NCBI GenBank assembly: GCA_009103225.1
Contig: RHPI01002069.1
Coordinates: 1,017,378 to 1,081,377 of the forward strand
Length of the DNA: 64,000 bases
Source: Chlorokybus atmophyticus
Taxonomy: Eukaryota > Plantae > Mesostigma and Chlorokybus algae
Direction of reading: 5' to 3'
Shown: piece by piece, positions 24,634 to 36,873 of the stretch
How the letters are laid out: the number at the start of each line of letters is the position of its first letter
Numbering within the stretch: position 1 is the first letter of the stretch
The notes under the pieces: generated by a model
Seen by the model: the letters and a program-made list of their open reading frames with translations, nothing else
The model's database searches: none
Told to the model about the DNA's origin: nothing
Program-made: the position numbers and the translations under genes

Positions 24634-25732
24634 CTATGTGATGACTCCAGGCTGTGCAGACGGTTTGTGTTTATTCCGCCTCTTCTGACGCTTACTTTCT
24701 AAAGATGCATGTCGCAACTGCAGCATCTGGTCCCTCGCATTGCCTTGAACCTTTTGCTTCTTCACAAACATGCCAGCCCGGCTTTCTTCCTCGTCATCGT
24801 CGTTGTCTCTAGCAGGTTGATGGCTTGACGTGCTCGCGCCACCGCCCCCATTCCTTGATGCTTCGTTCAAACCTAGTTTCCTGCCCTTGTGCGCCACTTT
24901 GGACAGCAGCCTCTTCTCCACGGATCCCAAGCTGGCAGCTACCCTTGCATGCGGCAAGTACTTGGCTCCCAAGCCCAACCTGCATTTGATCAGAGTAAAG
25001 GAAGAGTGTAAACGCAAATGCTTACTGTCACCCTATAGTCGAGATATAATCTGAGCAGCTTTCGAGATGCGTTTGTCCACAAACACTAGGTGCGTGTGTC
25101 GTTTGTGTGCTGTGCGCTGCATGTGCGTGTGTATAGCGTGCTGCGCGTGCCTGTGTCGGCGCTGTGTGTCTGTGCGTGTGTGTGCGTGCGTTGGTAATGA
25201 TGGGCGCAATTGTGTGTCTGTTCTGCATTCTGTGAGGTGCGTGTGTGTGTTTCTGCGCTGCTCTGCTCGGCGTGTGTACTGCATGGTGCGTGTGTGCTGC
25301 ATAGTGTGACTCCGTTATCATATGTGTTGCAAAGTATGCTTCCATGAACCGTTGATGGTTAATGCATTGCAAGCATTCCCAAGAGAGCAAATATGCTGTG
25401 CTCTGTTGCAACCGTTCATGGAGCTTACCGGGCAGGCCTAGGCTCGACTTCCACAGGCTCCACAGTCTCGTCGGGCGTCCTTCCCGCCGCCTTGTCAGCC
25501 GCGTCAAGCCATGCCTGAGCCTGGTCACCAGACAGCAGCTGATTGAAGGTACACAAGTGTGCGGCACAGTGGTGCAGGCAACAGCTGCAAACAGCATGGG
25601 GGTCGTTCACTCTCATTGACACCATCATGAAACCTAACCTGTCAGTCTCACCAACGAGTAGGCGTGACCTGACGGCACCACCTCCACGTTTTCCTGCTCC
25701 GTCCTGCCCTTGCCAGCCTCCTCCGCCGCCAT
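24634..25732 (-). CDS. Small conserved K/R-rich protein (DUF3245-like; RPARLGLGAK motif)
   Basis: MAAEEAGK...HAYSL|AQAWLDAADK...VEVEPRPAR|LGLGAKYLPHARV...VEKRLLSKV...DDDEEESRAGMFVKKQK. Resembles the eukaryotic RPxRLGLGAK family. Confidence 0.65.
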
Positions 25733-25911
25733 CCTCCTATGGCAGAGCAGTAACCTGCTTACTGTAACATGATCCTGTTCGCACTGCTGCACAAGTCAAT
25801 GGCGAGTGCTGATGTCATCATTCTGATCAGTGAACCATTTAGGGTTTGTGTGCTGATGATTACTGATCACCACATAAAGGGCGGTTGTGGTTGGAGATAT
25901 TGGTGTTGGGG

Positions 25912-28442
25912 ATGAGGGCGCTGCGGCTGCCGCCGCCTGGGCGGCAGCAGGCTGCGGCGTCGTGGCTGGGGAGGGCGTTTGCAGCGGAGGCCGGCGAGGG
26001 TGGCGCTGCTGCAGGCGGCGGCAGCGATGGTATTGGCGCAGCGGGGCGAGGGCGGGGTAGGGGTAGAGGGGCTGCGCAGGTTGCACCAAGCGGCGGCGGG
26101 GAGGCGGGTGCTCCGCCGCTGGCGCATGCCGGGGGTGGCGCTAGCCGGGGCGCAGGTGAGCGGCATGCGAAGGTTTGTGCTGCTTGGTTGTGTGGGTGAT
26201 GGCATGTCGCAACTGTGCAAATGAGCGAGTGCCAATTGCAGGTGCTTAGCACAATGGCCCATGCAACGTTTCAGCTGCTTTCTGAGAATGCACTATTGCA
26301 AAATGTTCGGGGGTTCAAGCCGATTGTTGTTGTATATGCAGTTTGACAAAACTGGGCTGCTGCTTGACTGACAGCAAGTGTGGTGTCTGAGCGGTTGGCA
26401 CGCAATTCGCGCAAAGCACCTGTGTACTCACATTGTCTGCACAATGCAGGCAGGGGTGGGGATCCTGCTGCTTCGAATGACGGCATAAAGAGGCGCCTGC
26501 CAAGGTTCCGCCCCGCTGCGCAGCTACCTGAACAGCCGAGCTCTGAGCAGCCGAGATCCGAGCAGGCACCCACACCAGACCCACCTCGAGCTGCAAGAGG
26601 CAGGGGAAAGGAATCACGTAAGCTGATCAAGTTGGAAATAATAATGTCAAGATTTGGGCAAGTGCCTATGAAACTGTATGAGGGTGCGGTGCCCTGGCTG
26701 ACTCCCTTCTATCACGCAGCTCGCAGTCAGAATGTGTGGCAGCTGCCTACCCCTCGAATCCTGCCAAACACACGGCCAGAAGTGGCGCCCACACCTCAGA
26801 TGAGCGGGGGTGCTGGGCGCGGGGCACCTCTGGACACTACCGGCCCACTGCCTCCCGCTGAAGCAGAGCGGAGGGTGCGTACGAAGGAAACCTGTGTTGA
26901 GTATGCTATGCACCCATTCTTGTCCGTCTATGTGGTTGACACAATGTGTGCTCCTCAAAGGAGACCTGTGTTGAGTATGCAAGTGCACCCATCCTTGTGC
27001 GTTTAGTGGCTAATAATGTATGCTCCTGTTGCAGTCTCAGACCCGCAGACCTCGGCCAGTCATTAACGAAACCCCCGACGAGCAAGAAGAACGGGAGAGG
27101 AGGCTTGCAACCAGGCTGGGACAGCTTCCACAGGCAGAACCAAGCCAAGCAGTGCGTCAACGGAGACCGCGGCAAGAGGTATTTTGTCTGGCAGTCAGTG
27201 ACGTTGATTGTTGTGTTGTGTACATCAATATAACTCTGAAGCTGCCAACCCTGTAGGACACCGCACGACGTCCAGACGAAGTCAATTCAGCAGAGCAAAT
27301 GGCAGAGTTCGAGCTCGCTGCCATGCATGCACCCAGGTCTCAGCACGGGCAACGCAGGCAGCGCAGCTACCAACAAAATGTGGAGAAAAGGGACACGCCG
27401 CTGCAGCCCCAACGACGCTCCAGGCCTGTTGGGCAAACTAAAGAAGCTGAGGAGGACGAGGATGACGAAAGTGTTCAGCTCACGCGACAGTTGCCTGCTC
27501 TGAGGAGAGGCGCAGGCAGGAGGGAACAGCAGCTGGACTCGCAGTTTGAAGACGCTGAAGATGAATTTGATGGTGAAGATCCACGGTGGAGCACAGCTGC
27601 GCAGGAGTATATAGCGCATGCCAGCGATGTAAGTATGCACGCTATGGAGTGCTGTTCTGCTTCAAATTCCTTAGTTCGCTTCTGGTATGTGTTGCAGCTT
27701 GACTATGATGTCAACCTGCAATTTGAAGATTTCACCCAGCCTCCAGCACTTGAAGCACAGCCAGCGGATGATGCTGAGGAGTTGTTGCAACAAGCGCGCC
27801 CATGGGTGGAGGCCGTCACAGGGAATTGCTCCGACGAGCAGTGGCAGGTGTGCGGCACGTCCCATCTAATGCATGACGAGGATGCACAATGCGTGTTGGG
27901 TCGTAGGGAGCCAGTATTGTCAACGGTGTGCAGGTTGCTAACACTGCGCTTGACAGGAACATACCCGGCTGGCGGTGCCGGTGGCGCAAATGATGGGAGA
28001 TTTGGCAAGGCAGACGACTCCAGAAGAGCCAACAGAAGTTTACAATGCGCGCTATCTGTCCACAATTGCCTCAGTCGTTGACGAGGACAAGCCTCTCTAT
28101 GACCATGTGCACAAAGCCACAGCGATCCTGCAGGTGCCAGCACCGTTCTTGCTCATTGCATGTTGCACTTTACATGGATTCTGCAAAGTTTGATTCGTCA
28201 TGCTCTGCGTCTGATTTAGATCACATCCACCATACCATAATTACACGCGTGTGTCAACTGTAGCAGCGCATGTCCTTTGTTTAGCAGTGGCTTTGCAACA
28301 GCTCACCCTTGCACACCTGGCTTACTGCTTCCATTGTCACTCGTCGCTGATGCAGGCCAATCCAATGTGGACCACGGCACAGAAAGCGTACTTCCTGGAG
28401 CGGTTGGTAAAGGACGCGCAGTTGGAAAGCTCCAGTCTTTGA
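25912..28442 (+). CDS. GRG-rich protein with a mitochondrial-type presequence; homolog of a land-plant family with an SNPGW-type C-terminal domain
   Basis: MRALRL...LGRAFAAE and GRGRGRG repeats. C-terminal LQQARPWVEAVTGNCSDEQWQE...KATAILQ|ANPMWTTAQKAYFLERLV resembles plant LEKMKPFLMAYEGIQSQEEWEE...RAVLSLQSNPGWGFDKKCQFMDKL (recalled, not searched). Confidence 0.65.
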
Positions 28443-30323
28443 TGACGTTGCGCAGTGTGTATGCTGTCGCGAGTTCATGTATGTGGTCAGGTAGCCCTCG
28501 GCTGCTTAGCATCGGCAGGTTTGGTAACATAACACGACAGCAAGATATGACGTTGCCAGGTGTTGCAAACGATGCCAAGTGTGTTGCGCAAATGCACTGC
28601 CAATATTGCAATGCGCCCTAATTGCTGTGCTGACATGCAGCAGTGTGTCATGTTTGAGGAGTATGTCCTTGCACTGCAAGATGCCTGTTAACCAGGAGTG
28701 ATCAGCCGCAATATGCTGCTGTACTGCGTCACCAATAAACTTGGTGACAGCCAGCCTGTTACTGCATCCTGCAACGAAACTGTAGGCCCTTTTGTCTTTG
28801 TTTCATTGCATTGCATATACACCACTGCGTGACCACAGGTGGTGCTTGATTAGCTGCTCACCCGCCCCCGCCCTCGCCCTTTGCACACACTTAGACACGG
28901 CACGTGGCTAGGTTCTGCCCTTGCCCCTGTGTTAATTCCTTTGCGAGCTAGGGTGCTTCTTGTTATGTTTGATGATGCCTAGTGTGTGAGAGCGGTTTGC
29001 ATCAGAACCACTTGGATAGCACATACACTTAGCCTAGTGTGCAACTACCCTGACAGGAGGGGCCCCAGTTACCCTTCGGTTACAGCCCACTTGATTGCCT
29101 CACCAAGGAAAAGTCATGTCTGTGACAATGATTCTGCAGTTTCTCGTTATCCGGTGGGGCTTATGTCAGGGTAACTGCTATGACACCTCTGCAAGTCCTG
29201 AAGTCAAACACAAGACACTCGACATGGGTGCTTAGGAACAGCCTGCACTGGCGGCGCACTTGTGGGCGACAATTATAGCGCCATGTACAAACGTGTGGAC
29301 GGCATATATATGATTTGTCCAAGTGTTGTAGAGGCAAAGCGCACACCACACACAGTCAATGACACTAAGCAACCGCAAGCAACAACCACAAGCACAAACA
29401 GCCAGTGAGGAAGATATGTGCTAAGCGCTAATAGTAGACTCTCAGGCGGGCTACAGAGTGCGGAGATTGGTTGAGGCCTGCGCTCATTGCTCTACTGCCA
29501 AGAAATGCTGTTATCTCATGTTGAAAAGGCAGGTGGGAATCATTGCTGTTGCGTTACGCAGTTGCTCAGCAGGAGAAGGGGACAACCACAAACCCGCAGA
29601 TAGCACTTGGGATGAGAGGGAAGTGAAAGACAGAAGTGGTGCATTCAGGCGCGTGCGCATCCAGTGTATTCCACCAGTTGCAAGACATCAGGTACATGTA
29701 CTTGCTTTGTGACAGTGCATTTGCCCTGGCAGTACTTGTCACAAACACGACTGCACTCAGTTCCTCAAACCAAGCACCGACGACAGGCCGTTGTCAGCAT
29801 TGCAAGGAACGACCACATAGGCATGCATCCTCCGTGTAGGCCGTCCCTGTGCCTGTTTGCTGCTGACGCCAACTTATGCTACCTAGTGCACGTAGCAGCA
29901 ATCGTCCTTGCCTTTGTCTGATTGATCGTTTGCCTCCTTGCCTTGCAACTGCTGCTGTGTGTGCAGTATATTGCATTAAGTGTAGACTGTATGCACGAGG
30001 CCACACATGTGAAACACACGAAGAATAACATGCATCGATCGAGCACACCGGGCAGGCGCAAGCAGGACAGCTTTCTACTGCACCGTCAAGGTGTTGCCTG
30101 AAACGTCCAGTGAGCTTAGTTGAGCTAGCTTCGGGACACTCCCTCCAGGAGAGTTTCTCCTTCGTGCTGTGCGCACCCCACGCGCGGCCACCCGAACTCT
30201 TCCGCTTTGCCACACCTTACCTGCCTCAAGCAGCCCACCTGCTTGCCCATTGGCCAAGTCTGAGGCAAGATTTCAGCTTGTAGCTTGCTCCGTTCAGTGT
30301 GGTAGCCGTTGTGCAGCAGCACC

Positions 30324-32945
30324 ATGGCGGCGGCGGCGATGGCGCAGGTGGCGTCCGTGCAGCCGGCGGCCACCGCGCTGCTGACGTCGTTATCGTCTTC
30401 ACCGTCATCCCGCGCTGGCACTCGGCGAACAACACAGCTGTTGGGCGCCGTCGCATTGCAGCAGCAGCATGCGGCGGGTGGTGTTGGAGCAGGCGGCAGC
30501 TCTTTCAGCGGTGAGGCATGCACCTCTGTTGTACGAGTCAGCTTGTTAGTAGCGTAGCATGCTTGTTGCTTCTGCTGCTTTGCATTGCATTTGGCAGTTG
30601 CATGTTACTTTGCATTGGTGTCCGGTCAAGCAGCCAGCGTGTTCATGCATGCAAGAAATCAGAGTCGCAGTCGCAGTGCAAGCTGCAGTGTGCATGGATG
30701 AATTGGTAGTAAGTGTCTGTATTTCGAGCTCAGACTCAGCCTTCTGAGGGGTCTTTTTATGAACAGGAGGTTCCAACATGCTGTCCCAACCTGCTGCATT
30801 CAAGTCAAGACAACGCAGGCGGCTGACCACCATGGCTGTGGCCTCCCCAGCCATCTCTTCCAGCAGGTATAAGAATTTATTTGACTAGAATACCACTTGC
30901 AGAAGTACCCAGAAGCGTCGTATATGTAGCCGACTACCCCAGCTAAGGCATTCTGCATGCCAGCGTTGGCGTTGCGGTTGCACAAGGAACAGCGCGTCCG
31001 AAGATGGAAGACGCGCACACTGTCGTTGTTGGGAAAGGAAAGGAGGACTGGACGCTGTTGGGCGTGTTTGACGGCCATGGCGGCTCCGCAACAGCCGAGT
31101 AAGCTCTCTCATAGTTGCACGTTTTGTGGCACATACACTGCAGCTTGTCAGTGCGCACTTCTGTGCGAGCTCAACAGCATACGAGTATGACATTTTGACT
31201 GACAGGTTTGTTGCGAAGAACTTCTACAGCGCATTTGCCGACAATGTCAAGAGAGGTACTTAGACAACACGTGCGTATGAAAACGCTGGCTCATAGCATG
31301 GCTCAGGGCTCAAGTGTGGCCACTCCCTGTTTTCAAACAGCTTCTACCAGTAGCAAAGTCTGTGTTTGTGTCTTGCAGCAATGGTTATGGCCACGTCACT
31401 CACTAAGTCAGCTGTTGTGCAGCTGACACCTTGACGGATGCCCTCTACAACACGTACCTGGAGATTGACGAAGAGCTACTGGTACGTGTAGCGCTTACGC
31501 AGACAATTACTGTGACATGCACGTGCATGCATGTGGGGGTGATAAACCGGACAATCAACTACTTGGCGGTGGCAGAAACCTCCGAAAGGCTTTTTTGGAG
31601 CAATGATGGAGCGAGGGATGGGCGGGTCAAAATGCGGTGCGACTGCGGTGACTGCCTTGCTCGTTCCCGGCAAAGGTTGTAAGCAGGACACTCTTTGTCA
31701 GTCGTATAATTTGATCATGCCCCTCTTTAGCCTAACATTGCTGAATGGTCACAGATGGCAGCCTCAGATTGATCACTGCGAACATTGGCGACTCCCGCGC
31801 TGTTCTTATCCGCAATGGCACACCACTGCTTCTGTCGTGCTTGCATACGGTACAAACCATTTCCTTTTGGACAAATTGGACAGAGACACCACTGCTGTAA
31901 CCAGGAATCTGTATAATTTATGTGCTGCCTCACAGCCAGATGTTGCGGAGGAGCGCAAGCGGATTGAGGCCAAAAATCCCACTCCCAAGAAACCGTTGGT
32001 AATGAGAGCTGCGCGACATTGTGCAGCTGTCTTCTTGTATACGTGCTTTTCTGTGGGAAACCGAGAGTACTGTCGTATAGGTTGTCAAGGCTGGTGGCGT
32101 GTGGAGAGTAGGAGGGCTGCTTGCTTTGTCTCGGGCCTTTGGCGATGTCTACCTCAAAGAGTAGGTCATACAGCAGCAAATAGTTATCTTTGGGCGGCGG
32201 CTTGAGTCTCGCTTGCGCGCTATTGCTTATTGCAAACGGGAGTGGGTCTGCTTGCTGCTCTTTACTAAGGCCTTGCTGACCAATGCTGCGCAATGTGCAT
32301 CAGTTGGTCAGATGGCAGAGACGCAAGCGGCGGGTTCGGGCTGATAGCTGAGCCAGACATGTTTGACGAGGACCTCGTGCAAGGTGAGCTTGCATGCCAC
32401 CACCTCATGTGCAGCAACGGTTTCGGTCACCTGCACGTATGTGCAGTCACTAAGCGATCAGTGCAGGTGATGATTGGCTTATTTTGGCGTCGGACGGCCT
32501 GTGGGACTATGTGTCTGAGGAGCAAGCTGTCAAGATCTGCCAGGAAGCACCAGGGTACGTCCCTGCAAGCTACCCTCATGTGCATGATGCCATCATTTGA
32601 CGTGTGATGCACTTACGACATGTTGTCAGAGTTTGACAAAGGCATTCAGCGATTTGTATGTATTCTTTTACTGAGCTGTACAGGACGCAAATGTGAACAC
32701 ACAACCAGAGATGCATCGTGCATAGAGGCTTGTTGTCTCCAGTGGTTGTGTTGTTTTCTCATGCAACCAATGGTTGCAGGTCAGAGTCGTCAGAGGCCGT
32801 GGCAAAGCGCCTGTTGAGGAGTGCTGTTGAGCAGGGAAGCACAGACGATGTCACGGTGCTCGCAGTGAGGCTCCCGCCCACTTTGCCGGGAGCGCCTGCC
32901 GCACCTCAGGGTACCAACGCATCCCTCACAAGCGCGGAGATATAG
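30324..32945 (+). CDS. Protein phosphatase 2C (PPM) with a transit-peptide-like N-terminus
   Basis: PPM motifs RPKMEDAH, LLGVFDGHGG, KCGATAV, ITANIGDSRAVL, LALSRAFGD, LILASDGLWD and GSTDDVTVL across GT-AG exons. Confidence 0.92.
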
Positions 32946-33846
32946 ATGCTTCACTTCAAGCCATGTCTGGTGAAGTCATGCTGATGTTGTCAGTGCGGTG
33001 GATGATGTTGGATGTGAACTAGTGTCGGTGTGAAGGTCTTCAATTGCAATGTTATGCTGTACCAGAGATGCGAAGATTGTATGCTGATGTAAAGCCGACT
33101 ATGTGTCTACGAACTGTTGAGTTGCGTCCTCTCGCATCGCTTTGGATGCGTACGCGCAGATAGCTGATAGCAAGTTTGAGAACTGTGGATGGTGACAACT
33201 CTGCACAGTAGCTGAATTGTGTGCAGGCAAACAATAGGCAGGGAGCATAATAGGGATGGCACAAGTGATGATACAAGCCCGCAGTTTGCATGCAGGTGTT
33301 GTGGCTTGCAGCCAATCTTGCGAAGTCATCCTGTGCACGTACAACCAGCACTGAGGCTGGTGGCCTGTCCTTTACTGTGTTAACAATATTGGTCACACCC
33401 TATAACTTGCACATCACGGCAGATGTTGCAATGCACTCGCAACAAAACTAGCTTACACCAACATGTCAAGGCTGCGAGTGAGACCTTTTTTCCCGGTTTA
33501 CCCGGTTTACAACGCTGTAGTGTACTGCAATTGGAACCGTTGCCCAACCTTGCACTGTACAACTGTTTGTTGAGGAAGATTCCATGTCCCAGCAAAAACA
33601 CGCAGGCACACTCCAACACAAGCGCTCTTGTGCACGCACAGATTGGCATGTGCACAACTTATTTGCAAGCAGCACAGGCACACGTAAGATATGTGCACAC
33701 AGCAGGTAGCAGAACTCAGCTAATCGTTCACATTATACAGGCAATGGTGCTATACAGCTAAGATACACCTGCAAACACTTGCAGGTACATAACACGTTGC
33801 GTGCGATTGTAACGTACGCTAGCAACTCTCTGAGTTGTTCACTCCA

Positions 33847-36253
33847 TCAGTCTTCAAGCTCTTGTTCCATAATGTCCTTGAAGTATGGGTGATTCAGTGC
33901 CTGCTTGGCGCTGATGCGGTCCACAGGGTTGTACTTCATACACAACTGCAACCACAGTTGGCACACACATCAGCAGTCCATCAAGGGCAACGCTCACGCA
34001 CAATGTACAGCAAAGTCAGCACAGTACATGCAACGTGTAAGTAGCACCATTACCTCAAAGAGTTCAATCGCTTCGGGATCGTGACCGTTAAACACGTCAC
34101 ACAAGTCCGCAGGCTTCCACTGCGGGAACTCGTGCCAATCTCGATACTTTGACACGCCAGGCCAAACCTCCTCATTGGGCGTGCCAAGCAGCCTGTACAA
34201 TCACTTGTGAGAACATGGGATGCTATCAACTACTGTTGAGCTGTGTTAGATGTGCACGCCAAGCGTTGACTCACTTGAAGATGTGAAGCAGCTGCTGCAC
34301 CTCTGAATCACCAGGGAACAGCGGTGCTTTCTTCAACAGCTCGGCTGCAACACAACGCAAGGGTCACCAACAACCCTTTGCAGCAGAAGTAGCGCGTTGT
34401 TGTTAAGCAGGCAGAGTCACGTGTCTCCAGCACACAAGCATCAACCACATTGACCTCGCACTTGTATAACACTCACTGCATGAGCAGCTTAAGCTTCTAA
34501 TGAAAGCAAATGATTAACAAGGACATTGACACAACAGTGATGCATACCAAAGATGCAGCCGACAGACCAGATGTCTACGGCAACAGAGTAGTGGGTGCCT
34601 CCAAGCAGCACCTCCGGAGCGCGATACCAAAGCGTGACAATCTGCGAGAAGAGGTTGAGTTCCTCTATCAGCATCACACCAAGCACCAGTGCCGTGCCTG
34701 TGCTGCATACACACGCCATCACAAACGTGTACACTGTCACGCTACCTACCTCGTGCGTTAAGCTCTTGATCGGCAGCGTGAACGAGCGGCCAAGGCCGAG
34801 GTCGGCAATCTTCAGCCTCTTATCCTTTTTGTGGACAAGGAGGTTCTGCGGCTTCAGGTCCCTGCACATGAGCGCCAACAAGCGTGTTTGAGTTTGTGAT
34901 GATGTGTATGCACACGTCACTGCTTCTGAAACATTACCCTGAGCGGTCCTCACCTGTGCATAGTACCATGACTGTGAATGTGTGCGACGCCTTTGAACAA
35001 TTGGTACATGAAGCTCTGCGAGATGTGGACAAGTTGGTTCACTCACAGCAGCAACAGATTGTGCTTGGCTCAACAACCGCTGTGAACTGAAACTTGAACA
35101 CGGCAAGCATGTTGTGGTTATCCAAGGGCAGCCGACGACAACTGGCAGTGCTGATAATCATCTCTCTACACTATAACTTTGCTGGCTTTGTGTGTTGCAA
35201 CAGCATTACCGCAAAGCATGTTGTCTACTCATATATTCCTCGAGGACACACCTGCTCAACTGCACGCGCTACATTGTACAGCACACAAAGCCAGTGTGGT
35301 GTGCGGGTAACAGACTCAGACCCTACGTCTAATCATACCTTGACATCCTGTTGGGGAAGCGGGTGTGAGGGTCCGCGGCCATTGAGGTCCATGTACTTCT
35401 TCAGGTCGATGTCGAGGAATTCAAAAACCAGGTAGAGGATCGCCTTACCGTTTTCGTCGGTGTGCTCCACCGCCAGCAGCCTGCGCAGCAATTGTGAGTG
35501 AAAGGCGTGTCAACATCAGGGCAACTCCTACTTTCTGCATTGGGGAACACATCACATGCACACGGCATGCAATGTGTTGGGTGCCAGTCACGTGCATGAT
35601 CAAAGCAAATGAACAGCCAATGCCGGCAACGCAAACCACACACTGGCGCATTGCCGCTGGGGTGTGTTACGCCATCGACAACAATGTGTGAAAGTCTTGT
35701 GTTGGTTAGCATCACACTCAATGCTTAGGGTAGCTTTGTCTATCTAACAGATACGGGAAACGCCAGAAGCCTGGACTGTGCTTGTTGAGTGAACCGTGAC
35801 TGTGTCTCACAATTTCTAAACCATCAACCGTCCTGTGACTTTAAGTATGAATAGAGCCGATGTTGCGTCTATCCCTCTGTCTCACAGGCTGCTCAGACAG
35901 ACACAGAGAGACAAGTCGCTGCTTACTTGACGACGTAGGGTGAGGATGAGAGCATTTGCAGGAGAGACACTTCCCGCAGTGCGGTGGACGGCACGCCCTC
36001 CTCCTCCATCTCAAGCCTCGTCTTCTTCAGCGCCACCATCATCCCATTACGCTTGTCCCTCGCCTTGTACACCTGCAGAGCAAGCAACATTTACGAGAAA
36101 AACAACGACGACGAGGACAATCATGACGATGTTGATGGTGATGACGATGATGATGATGTTGATGATGCTGATTGCCATGCTCAAGCCATTCAGCATGCTC
36201 ACCTTTCCGTATGTCCCTTCGCCGATCTTCTCCAGCTTCTCGTAGTTTTCCAT
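33847..36253 (-). CDS. CDKB1: Plant-type B cyclin-dependent kinase (PSTALRE)
   Basis: [17 protein letters not shown]|VYKARD...[13 protein letters not shown]|[21 protein letters not shown]|[14 protein letters not shown], ...[14 protein letters not shown]. Confidence 0.95.
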
Positions 36254-36369
36254 CTTATCGCCGCCGTTGTGGTCGTTGTGTGTCGCAGCCACCTCCCCCT
36301 CCACCGCCCGCCCCACCCGCCGCCGCCGCCGCCGCCGCTACACCTAACCTTACCTGCCGCCTAAACAAA

Positions 36370-36504
36370 CCGCGAAAATGTCTGCTCTGATAGAAAACAA
36401 AAGTGTTTGAAAACCCTAACGATGTGAATTTGGTGCAAAAGCAATGCGTTTCAATGCCGCTTTGCTCTAATTTGAGTCATTTTCGGCGTTGCTTTTTTCC
36501 CGCC
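36370..36504. promoter_or_regulatory. CDKB1 upstream region: two E2F-like sites and a telo-box
   Basis: CCGCGAAAA (36370-36378; TTTTCGCGG on the minus strand), AAACCCTAA (36411-36419) and TTTCCCGCC (36496-36504). Confidence 0.55.
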
Positions 36505-36873
36505 TTGCCAGCGAGACTATGATTACTAGGCTCAGCCGGTTAGACTAAACTAAGCACACCTGCTTTGAATTCGAACCTTCTGCTGGCGAGCGGGAAGCCC
36601 TTAATCGGACGGTCTGAGACCGAGTAGTGAGGAGTTCGAGCATTCGTGTGCGTACGATGGAGTCGGGTCACGGTTGAGGAGGCTTGCCCGGCAACGGCTA
36701 GCTTCACGTGTGATTCGGATCCAACTCAAAAGAAGCTAACCCGGATCCAGCTGAACTCAGATCAATAAAGCAAGTTCTGGTCTCGTTCTCAAACCGGATC
36801 TTGGCCTGGTTAGACCAGGCCAAGGACTACCCCAGGCTAAGGCTGGCCGGCGGCGGCGGTGGCGGCGGCGGCG

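Noticed and set aside
25815-25821. ATGATGA box C on the minus strand (snoRNA candidate)
   Set aside because: No CTGA box D at a suitable distance and no terminal stem.
28860-30260. Possible small minus-strand gene divergent from PP2C
   Set aside because: A good donor (CAG|GTAAGG) exists but I could not assemble a coherent frame or recognise a domain.
36560-36645. GTTCGA B-box-like motifs suggesting a tRNA
   Set aside because: No cloverleaf or proper A-box; this is promoter sequence.
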